This document shows positions 57,080 to 64,000 of a stretch of DNA of 64,000 bases, piece after piece (within the stretch, counting starts at the first letter, position 1; the number at the start of each line of letters is the position of its first letter). Under the pieces are notes generated by a model. The model did not search any database, had not been told where the DNA came from, and saw only the letters and a list, made by a program, of their open reading frames with translations. A program made the translations under genes and the position numbers. This DNA comes from Planctomycetota bacterium (GTDB lineage: Bacteria; Planctomycetota; JAJSAM01; JAKLKS01), in the NCBI GenBank assembly GCA_023150535.1, contig JAKLKS010000001.1:8269-72268 (forward strand). The letters run 5' to 3'.

Positions 57080-59537
57080 GCGCGGTCCGCACGAAGCGCC
57101 GCAGCAGCACGGGGAGGAGCACCAGCGAGGCGAGCAGCGCCGCCGCCATGGCGAGGCTCGTGAAGACCCCGAACCAGATGGTGGGCTTGAACTTGCTGAA
57201 GACGAGCACCCAGAAGCCCCCCACCACGGTGACGGCGGTGAAGAAGATCGCCTTCCCGATGCTCCCGTGGGCGAGCACGATGGCCTCCTCGGGCGTGGCG
57301 CCGTCCGCGAGCTCGTTGCGGTAGCGGAAGGTGTAGTGGATGGTGGCGTCCACCGCCTGCCCCATGGCCACGCTCGCGATCATGATGGTCATCATGTCGA
57401 GCGTGATGTGGAGCCACCCCATGGTCCCGAGGATGAACAGGATGGGGAGCACGTTGGGGACCAGCGCCAGCAGCGCGACCTTGAGGTCCCTGAAGAGGAC
57501 CCAGAGCATGAGCAGCAGGGCCCCCACCACCATGCCCAGGGTCTGGACCTGGCTCGTGCGGAGCGAGCGGAGCATGTTCGCGTAGAGGACGAACACCCCG
57601 GTCACCCGCGGGGAGACGTCGGCGAGGGCGGGGTCGGCGGCGATGCGCGCGCGGAGGCCGGCCAGCAGGTCCTCGCGCCGGAGGTCGGGGTTCGTCTCCT
57701 TGATCCGGACCTGCAGGCGCGCCGCGGTGCCGTCCTCGCTCACGTAGTCCCGGAGGATCCCGTCGATACGCTCCTTCCCGAGCATCGTCCTCGCCACGGG
57801 CAGCAGCATGGTGAGGGGCTGCCCGGCGAGGGGGGCCATGGGGGTCCCCGCCAGCAGGCGCCTCCCCTCCTCCCGCAGGCTCGCGAGGGAGAGGACCGGG
57901 CCCCGCTCCTTCCCCCCGTCGAGCCCCGCGAGGAGGTCGTGGACCCTCTTCAGCTTCGCGTACTGCTCCTCCTCGAAGAAGGTGGCCCTCGCGGCGCCCG
58001 GCGCCGGCTCCGGGGTGCGGAGGATCACCTCGAGCGGCGTCGTCCCCCCGATGCGCGCGTCGATGAAGTTGAGCCCGCGGCTGATGGGGCTCGAGGCGCG
58101 GAAGTAGTCGGTGAAGCGGGTCTCGACGTCGAGGCGGAGGATGCCCGCCACGGAGGCGACCAGGACGAGGAGGGAGGCGAGGACGATGGGGCGCCCGTGG
58201 GCGATGGTCCACCGGGCCACGGCCGCCATGGGGAACCGGCGGACGGGGCCGCTGGCGGGCTCCACCTCGCGCACCCTCTCGTGGGGGAGCAGCGCCATGC
58301 CCGCGGGGATGAGGGTGAAGGAGACGGCGTAGGCGAAGAGCGTGCCCGCGGCCATGAAGAGGCCGAAGTCGATGCAGGGGCGCACGTCGCTCACCGCGAT
58401 GGAGGCGAAGCCGACGGCGGTCGTGGTGCAGGCGTAGAAGCAGGGGAGCCAGATCCCCCGGACGGTCCGGCGCACGACCTCCTTCACGGAGGCGGTCGGA
58501 TCGACCCTGCGGATCTCGTGGGAGTGGACGGCGAGGTGGATGGCGTGGGCCATGCCCACGATGAGGGTGAGGGAGGAGATGTTGCTCGTGACGACCGTGG
58601 CCCTCATGCCCGCCATCACCGTGGAGGCGACCACGACCAGCGCGACGACGAGGACGGCCGCCATGGGCAGGGCGACCCAGCGGGGGCTCCGGAGCGCGAA
58701 ACCGAGGACGACGACCATGAAGCCGACGGCGAAGACCCCGAAGAGGACGAGGTCGTCCTCCAGCGCCTGCACCATGTCCACCACGATGGTGGGCACGCCG
58801 GAGGCGTGGACCTCCACCACCGTCCCGCCCCGGGCCGCGCCGATGGCCCGGACGCGGGCCACGATCTCGCGCAGGCGGGCCTGGCCTGCGTCGGAGGCGG
58901 CGAGGTAGTCGGCCCGGGCCTTCGCCCTCTCCGCCTCCGTCGCCGAGGCATCGGCCTCGACCTCCCGGAGCCGGTGCCGCGCCGCCCGGTCGGGGCCGTC
59001 GGCGAAGTAGGCCAGCAGCGCGAAGGCGTCCCCCTTCGGGGAGACGAGGTTGCCGGCGTAGAGGGCGCTCCCCGTCAGCTCCTCCCGGGCCAGCGCGGGA
59101 TCGGCGTCCGGGTCGAGCAGGGTGACCGGCTTCCAGGCCCGCAGCGCCGCCTGCGCGGCCGGGACGCTCCGGAAGAGGGGCTGGTTCACCGGGCTGACGA
59201 CCCGGGTGATGGCCGGGAGGGGGCCGTACCCCGGCGGGGTCACGGTGGTGAGCGCCTCGAGGTCCCTCGTCAGGAGGTCGAGCCGCTCCAGGGAGCCCTT
59301 CGACCAGGGATCGGGGGGGGCCAGGGCCACGATGACGTAGTCGTCGCTCCCGAAGAGGGCGCGGGCCTCCTGGTAGGCGTCCCGCTCCGGGTCGTGCTCC
59401 AGGGTGAGGGACTCGGAGTCGGCGTCGAGGCGGAACCCGGGGAGCTGGGAGGCCGCGGCGGCGGCCAGCGCCAGGAAGAGGAGCACCGGGATCCAGGGCC
59501 GCCGCAGGACGGCCAGCAGGTAGAGCCTCTCGAGCAT
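57057..59537 (-). CDS. MMPL/RND-superfamily exporter (HpnN-like)
   Basis: 826 aa, two 6-TM bundles with large periplasmic loops. Confidence 0.85.
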   Translation of the reverse strand: MLERLYLLAVLRRPWIPVLLFLALAAAAASQLPGFRLDADSESLTLEHDPERDAYQEARALFGSDDYVIVALAPPDPWSKGSLERLDLLTRDLEALTTVTPPGYGPLPAITRVVSPVNQPLFRSVPAAQAALRAWKPVTLLDPDADPALAREELTGSALYAGNLVSPKGDAFALLAYFADGPDRAARHRLREVEADASATEAERAKARADYLAASDAGQARLREIVARVRAIGAARGGTVVEVHASGVPTIVVDMVQALEDDLVLFGVFAVGFMVVVLGFALRSPRWVALPMAAVLVVALVVVASTVMAGMRATVVTSNISSLTLIVGMAHAIHLAVHSHEIRRVDPTASVKEVVRRTVRGIWLPCFYACTTTAVGFASIAVSDVRPCIDFGLFMAAGTLFAYAVSFTLIPAGMALLPHERVREVEPASGPVRRFPMAAVARWTIAHGRPIVLASLLVLVASVAGILRLDVETRFTDYFRASSPISRGLNFIDARIGGTTPLEVILRTPEPAPGAARATFFEEEQYAKLKRVHDLLAGLDGGKERGPVLSLASLREEGRRLLAGTPMAPLAGQPLTMLLPVARTMLGKERIDGILRDYVSEDGTAARLQVRIKETNPDLRREDLLAGLRARIAADPALADVSPRVTGVFVLYANMLRSLRTSQVQTLGMVVGALLLMLWVLFRDLKVALLALVPNVLPILFILGTMGWLHITLDMMTIMIASVAMGQAVDATIHYTFRYRNELADGATPEEAIVLAHGSIGKAIFFTAVTVVGGFWVLVFSKFKPTIWFGVFTSLAMAAALLASLVLLPVLLRRFVRTAPTASPRG

Positions 59538-59612
59538 GGCCGAAGGGTAATCGAGTCCCCGCGCCCCGGGAGAAACTCATAAAAAGGGGACGGGTTCGTT
59601 TTTATCTCCTCC

Positions 59613-60383
59613 ATGCGCTACCCCTCCCCGCTCCTCGAAGGGACGCTCCTCCGCCGCCGGGTCCGGTTCTTCGCCGACGTCCGCCTCGACGACGGCACGG
59701 AGGCGACCGCGCTCTGCGCCAACACCGGCTCCCTCCGCGGGGTGATCGCCCCGGGCCAGCGGGTGCGGCTCTCCCGCTCCGCCAACCCGGGGAGGAAGCT
59801 CCCCTTCACCTGGGAGCAGGCGCTCGTCGGATCCACATGGGTCGGCGTGAACACCGCCGTCCCCAACGCGGTCGTCGGCGAGGCGCTGCGGGCCGGCCTC
59901 GTCCCCCTGCAGGAGGGGCGGGACCGGGTCCGCGCCGAGGTCCCCTTCGGCCGCGAGCGCTCCCGGGTGGACTTCGTCGTCGAGGGGGCGGGGCTCCCGC
60001 CGCTCGCGCTGGAGGTGAAGAACGTCTCCATGGCCGAGGGGGACCGGGCGCTCTTCCCCGATTCCGTCACCGAGCGGGGCCGCAAGCACCTCCGCGAACT
60101 CGCGGCCGAGGTCCGCGCGGGGCGGGCCGCGGCGGTGCTCTTCCTCGTCCCCCGCGCCGACGCGGCCGCCTTCGCCCCCGCGGACGCCGTGGATCCCGCC
60201 TACGGGCGGGCGCTGCGGTGGGCCGCGCGGGAGGGGGTGCGGCTCGCCGCCCACGTCGCCCTCCTCGACGCGGAGGAGGTCCGCCTCGGACCGGGGATCC
60301 CGGTGGACCTCTCCTCCGGGCGGCGCAACGGGGCCACCCTCCTGCCGGGAAAACCCCTCGCCCGGCCCCGCCGCCGCCGGTAG
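59613..60383 (+). CDS. sfsA: Sugar fermentation stimulation protein SfsA-like nuclease
   Basis: ...FFADVRLDDGTEATALCANTGSL...LALEVKNV... SfsA signature. Confidence 0.75.
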   Translation: MRYPSPLLEGTLLRRRVRFFADVRLDDGTEATALCANTGSLRGVIAPGQRVRLSRSANPGRKLPFTWEQALVGSTWVGVNTAVPNAVVGEALRAGLVPLQEGRDRVRAEVPFGRERSRVDFVVEGAGLPPLALEVKNVSMAEGDRALFPDSVTERGRKHLRELAAEVRAGRAAAVLFLVPRADAAAFAPADAVDPAYGRALRWAAREGVRLAAHVALLDAEEVRLGPGIPVDLSSGRRNGATLLPGKPLARPRRRR

Positions 60384-60412
60384 CCTCTCCCCCGCAACCC
60401 GGGAGGAGCGCC

Positions 60413-61009
60413 ATGGCCGCCGCCTACGGCATCGAGGGGTACTGTCGCGACCTCACGCGCCTCATCGGCCCCGACACCCCCGCCGAGAAGTGCGTGGAGA
60501 TCGCCCGCGAGCGGTGCGCCTCCATGCTGAAGCGGGGCCTCGACCTCCGGGACGAGTTCAAGGTCGTGGTCCCCGGGCAGTACTCCCGCAACCTCGTCCA
60601 CCGCGACCCCCGCGGGCTCTTCGTCGTGATCGCGCTCCTGTGGAAGCCGGAGACCGCGAGCGCGATCCACGACCACACCACCTGGGGGGTGATGGGCACC
60701 TACGAGAGCGCCATTGAGTGCACGAACTACGACCGCGTGGACGACGGCTCCACCCCGGGCATGGCGCAGGTGAGGGAGCGCGAGGTCATCCCGAGCGGCG
60801 AGGGGAACGTGGAGATCGTCCTCCCGCCGAGGGTGGACATCCACAGGATGCGCAACCCCACGAAGCGGCGGACCATCACCATCCACACCTACGGCCGCGA
60901 GGTGGACGCCTGCAACGTCTACGACCCCGCCACCTGCCGGATGGGGACGGTGTCGCTGCGCTACGCCAACCGGCCGGGGGAGATCCCGGGGGCGAGCCGG
61001 ATCGGCTAG
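60413..61009 (+). CDS. Cysteine dioxygenase type I-like cupin
   Basis: Start MAAAYGIEGY with GGGAGGAG RBS; AIHDHTTWGVMGTYES...HTYG cupin metal site. Confidence 0.7.
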   Translation: MAAAYGIEGYCRDLTRLIGPDTPAEKCVEIARERCASMLKRGLDLRDEFKVVVPGQYSRNLVHRDPRGLFVVIALLWKPETASAIHDHTTWGVMGTYESAIECTNYDRVDDGSTPGMAQVREREVIPSGEGNVEIVLPPRVDIHRMRNPTKRRTITIHTYGREVDACNVYDPATCRMGTVSLRYANRPGEIPGASRIG

Positions 61010-61024
61010 GGGCGGCGGCGCGGC

Positions 61025-61546
61025 CTAGTACTGGACGACGGAGAAGACGTGCTCCCCCTCGAGCTTGTCCCGCCCCGAGAGGAAGGACAGCTCCATGAGG
61101 AAGGCGACGCCGACCACCTCGCCGCCGAGCTTGCGCACGAGCTGGGCGCAGGCGGCGATGGTCCCGCCCGTGGCGAGCACGTCGTCCACGAGCACGACCT
61201 TCTGCCCGTCCCGCACGGCGTCGCGGTGCACCTCCAGCGCGTCCACGCCGTACTCGAGCGCGTAGGAGGCGGAGATCCGCTCCCGGGGGAGCTTGCCCGG
61301 CTTGCGCACCGGGATGAAGCCCTTGCCCAGCTTGACGGCGAGCGGCGCCCCGAAGAGGAACCCGCGGGATTCGACGCCGAGCACGAGGTCCACGCCCCGG
61401 TCCTTGAACTCGTCGTGCATCCGGTCGATGACGAACCGGTAGGCGGCGGGGCTCTTCAGGACCGGGGTGATGTCCTTGAAGGAGATGCCGGGCTTGGGGA
61501 AATCCGGCACCTCGACGATGTAGGTCTTCAGCTCGCGGGCGTCCAT
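61025..61546 (-). CDS. apt: Adenine phosphoribosyltransferase
   Basis: Start MDARELKTYI at 61546; VVLVDDVLATGGTIAA PRPP-binding motif. Confidence 0.9.
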   Translation of the reverse strand: MDARELKTYIVEVPDFPKPGISFKDITPVLKSPAAYRFVIDRMHDEFKDRGVDLVLGVESRGFLFGAPLAVKLGKGFIPVRKPGKLPRERISASYALEYGVDALEVHRDAVRDGQKVVLVDDVLATGGTIAACAQLVRKLGGEVVGVAFLMELSFLSGRDKLEGEHVFSVVQY

Positions 61547-61643
61547 GGCGTCGCTCCTCTCTCCACGGGAGGGGCGGAGCATAACACGGGGCCGCCGGCC
61601 GCGGAACCCTCGCCGCGGCCGCTCCCGGTGCGAGAATGGGCGC

Positions 61644-62771
61644 GTGCGGATCCTCTACGGCGTCGTCGGCGAGGGCATGGGGCACGCCACCCGGAGCGCG
61701 GTGGTGATCGACCACCTGCTGGCCCGGGGGCACGAGGTCCGGGTCGTCGTCTCGGGCCGGGCCCACGCCTTCCTCGCGGAGCGCTTCCGCGGCCGGCCCC
61801 GCTTCGCGCTCGTGGAGATCCGGGGGCTCGTCTTCTCCTACCGCGGGAAGGGGGTGGACCGCTCCGCCTCCCTGCGGGTCAACCTCGCCGCCGCCCCCGC
61901 CGGCCTCGCCCGGAACCTCCGCGCCTACCGGAGGGTCGCCGAGGACGGCTTCCGGCCGGAGGCGGTCGTCTCCGACTTCGAATCCTGGTCCCACCTCTAC
62001 GGGGTCCTCCACGGGGTCCCCGTCCTGTCGCTCGACAACATCCAGGCCCTCGCGCGCCTCCGCCACCCCCGGGAGTTCGCGGGAGGGGGGCGGCGGGCGC
62101 TCCTCCTCGCGAGGGCGGCGGTCCGGGTGAAGGTCCCCGGCGCCTGGCACTACCTGGTGACCTCCTTCTTCTTCCCCCCCGTGGCGCGCTCGCGGACGAC
62201 CCTCGTTCCTCCCGTCCTCCGGCCCGAGGTGCTGGCGCTGCGCCGGGAGCCCCGGGATCACGTGCTCGTCTACCAGACCGCCGCCTCCGACGACGGCCTC
62301 GTCCCGTCCCTGCGCCGCCTCCCCCACCGCTTCACCGTCTACGGCATGGGCCGCGCCGCCGTCGAGGGGAACGTCACGCTCAAGGCCTTCTCCGGGCCCG
62401 GGTTCCTCGAGGACCTCCGCTCCGCCCGCGCCGTGCTGGCCGGCGGCGGCTTCTCCCTCGTGAGCGAGGCGGTCCACCTCGGCGTGCCGGTCCTCTCCCG
62501 CCCCGTGGAGCACCAGGCGGAGCAGGAGATGAACGCCTTCTGGCTGGAGCGCCTGGACTACGGCGCGCGGGCGGAGGCCTTCGACGCCGCCACCGTGGAG
62601 CGGTTCCTCGCCGACCTCCCGCGCCGGGAGCGCGCGCTCGCCTCCTTCCCCCGCCGGGACAACGCCATGACCTTCGCCTGCGTGGACGAGGCGCTCGACC
62701 GCATCCACCGCGGGGAGCGGGCCCCGGCCCGGCTCCGGAGCCCGAACATGGGCGGATGGAGGGGGCGGTGA
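61644..62771 (+). CDS. Glycosyltransferase (MGT/GT-B family)
   Basis: GTG start VRILYGVVGEGMGHATR; C-terminal GGGFSLVSEAVHLGVPVL...EQEMNA motif. Confidence 0.65.
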   Translation: MRILYGVVGEGMGHATRSAVVIDHLLARGHEVRVVVSGRAHAFLAERFRGRPRFALVEIRGLVFSYRGKGVDRSASLRVNLAAAPAGLARNLRAYRRVAEDGFRPEAVVSDFESWSHLYGVLHGVPVLSLDNIQALARLRHPREFAGGGRRALLLARAAVRVKVPGAWHYLVTSFFFPPVARSRTTLVPPVLRPEVLALRREPRDHVLVYQTAASDDGLVPSLRRLPHRFTVYGMGRAAVEGNVTLKAFSGPGFLEDLRSARAVLAGGGFSLVSEAVHLGVPVLSRPVEHQAEQEMNAFWLERLDYGARAEAFDAATVERFLADLPRRERALASFPRRDNAMTFACVDEALDRIHRGERAPARLRSPNMGGWRGR

Positions 62772-63862
62772 ACCGCCGGGCGCTCCTCCTCGGGGCGGCG
62801 GCGGCCGTCGCCGCCGGCGCCGGCTGCGCGATCTGGGTCGGCTGCTCGGGGAACGCGGAGCGGGCGGCGATCCGGACGGCCTCCGTCCTCCTCGACCCGG
62901 CCCGCCCGGAGACGGCGATCCCCGTGGAGGGGTTCCTCTACGAGCCGGAGACGGGGTCCCCGGAGCGCCTGCTGGCGCTCTCGGCCTTCCGCGGGGCGCT
63001 CGGCCTCGAGGCCGACGCCGAGGGGAAGGCCCGCTTCCGGGAGCGCGGGGCGGCCTTCCTCGTGGACCGGGAGTCGGAGGCGGAGGTGGAGGCGCTCGTC
63101 CCGGGGACCGGCGTCCCCTCGGTGCGCCTGCGCACCGGCCCCGACGGGCGGTTCGCGGGCTCGATCACCCTCCCCGCCGACGCGCTCCGCTCCCGGCTCG
63201 TGGACCGCGGGTTCACCCGGGGGTGGCTCCCGGTGGCGATCCTGTCGACCGACCCGCCCGGGGAGGGGTGGGTCCAGTGCCTCGGGCCCGAGGGGACGAC
63301 GGTCGTCTCCGACATCGACGACACCGTGAAGGACACGCAGGTCCTCGACCGGGAGGAGATGCTCGCCAACACCTTCCTGCGGGAGTTCCGCGCGGTGCCC
63401 GGGATGGCCGCGGCCTACGACCGGTGGGCGCGGGAGGGGGCGGCGTTCCACTGGCTGAGCGCGGGGCCGGTGCCGCTCCAGGGGTTCCTCGAGGAGTTCC
63501 TCGCCGACGAGGGGTTCCCGGCGGGGGCCTTCACCATGCGGGAGTTCCGCTGGTCGAAGGGGCCGATCGACGATCTCCTCCACGGGGACCCGGCGGCCTT
63601 CAAGGGGCGGGTGCTGGACGGCCTCGCGGAGCGCTTCCCGCGGCGGCGGTTCGTCCTCGTCGGGGATTCCGGGGAGAGGGACCCGGAGGCCTACGGCGCC
63701 TTCGCGCGGCGCCACCCGGGGCGCGTGGCGGGGATCCTCATCCGCGAGGTCCACCCCGGGGGGGCGCCGCCGGTGCGGTACGAGCGGGCCTTCGAGGGGC
63801 TCGAGCCCGGGGCCTGGAGGGTGTTCACCGACCCGGGGACGCTGGGGGGGCTGCCGCGGTAG
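62756..63862 (+). CDS. App1-like phosphatidate phosphatase (DUF2183) with Tat-type signal
   Basis: NRRALLLGAAAAVAAGAG twin-arginine motif; ...VVSDIDDTVKDTQVL... HAD-like DxDxT. Confidence 0.6.
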   Translation: MEGAVNRRALLLGAAAAVAAGAGCAIWVGCSGNAERAAIRTASVLLDPARPETAIPVEGFLYEPETGSPERLLALSAFRGALGLEADAEGKARFRERGAAFLVDRESEAEVEALVPGTGVPSVRLRTGPDGRFAGSITLPADALRSRLVDRGFTRGWLPVAILSTDPPGEGWVQCLGPEGTTVVSDIDDTVKDTQVLDREEMLANTFLREFRAVPGMAAAYDRWAREGAAFHWLSAGPVPLQGFLEEFLADEGFPAGAFTMREFRWSKGPIDDLLHGDPAAFKGRVLDGLAERFPRRRFVLVGDSGERDPEAYGAFARRHPGRVAGILIREVHPGGAPPVRYERAFEGLEPGAWRVFTDPGTLGGLPR

Positions 63863-63889
63863 GGGAGGCGCGGGGGCCCCGCGCCCCGC

Positions 63890-64000
63890 CTACATCTCCT
63901 CCGGAGCCTCCATCCCGACGAGGAAGAGCCCCCGCTCCAGCGTCGCGCGCACCGCCCGCGCGAGGCGCACCCGCGCCGCCGCCGTCTCCCGGTCCTCGCA
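63890..64000 (-). CDS. C-terminus of unidentified minus-strand gene running off window end
   Basis: Open minus frame ...LERGLFLVGMEAPEEM* ending with TAG at 63890-63892. Confidence 0.35.
   Translation of the reverse strand, partial: CEDRETAAARVRLARAVRATLERGLFLVGMEAPEEM

Noticed and set aside
59538-59612. Relatively AT-rich 75-bp divergent spacer (..CATAAAAAGGGGACGGGTTCGTTTTTAT..) between MMPL and sfsA
   Set aside because: Probably just a shared divergent promoter region; no clear terminator hairpin or repeat.

Overview
High-GC (~70-75%) window from a deltaproteobacterial/Myxococcota-like genome (Anaeromyxobacter-like; taxon is a guess). Three blocks:

(1) 1-36586: a siphovirus-type prophage of the HK97/GTA-like morphogenesis class. 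Almost all of it is transcribed on the minus strand. It ends with excisionase plus tyrosine integrase directly abutting an intact tRNA-Arg(CCU) at 36587-36663. Late genes seen (low to high coordinate): tape measure (runs off the window start), G/GT-like tail assembly chaperone pair, major tail, DUF3168-like, gp10, head-tail adaptor, connector, HK97 major capsid, ClpP-like prohead protease, portal, TerL, TerS, ParB-methyltransferase, ParB-like nuclease, HNH. Early/replication genes: PrimPol-D5 primase, VRR-NUC, DEAD helicase, SSB-like, AAA_24 ATPase, Cas4-like exonuclease, two sigma factors, a TGT/DpdA-like protein, a Mrr-like PD-(D/E)xK nuclease.
- Two lower-GC morons interrupt the normally contiguous terS-terL-portal block: an 836-aa SF2 helicase-nuclease fusion and a plus-strand HEPN-motif (RNxxxH) protein. 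I rate these the most novel candidates (possible prophage-encoded defense/abortive-infection cargo).
- A 20-nt motif (CGGGAGG-N1-2-CGATCAA...) recurs upstream of four late genes.

(2) 36664-53158: a heavy-metal efflux island with two paralogous czc modules (CzcI-like, CzcC, CzcB, [P-II], CzcA). It also carries ArsR/SmtB regulators, a CDF-like membrane protein and a YHS-domain protein. CzcB2 and a lipoprotein carry an unusual tandemly repeated DWCxEHGxPESxCxxC motif.
- The island ends in an inverted, degenerate 5' fragment of the same tRNA-Arg.

(3) 53159-64000: housekeeping genes: CsaA, DAACS symporter, MMPL transporter, SfsA, cupin dioxygenase, Apt, glycosyltransferase, App1-like.

Functional calls rest on motifs I recognise by eye, not on database searches. 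Start codons and short ORFs are approximate. The ORF-track coordinate convention (stop codon included) is used.
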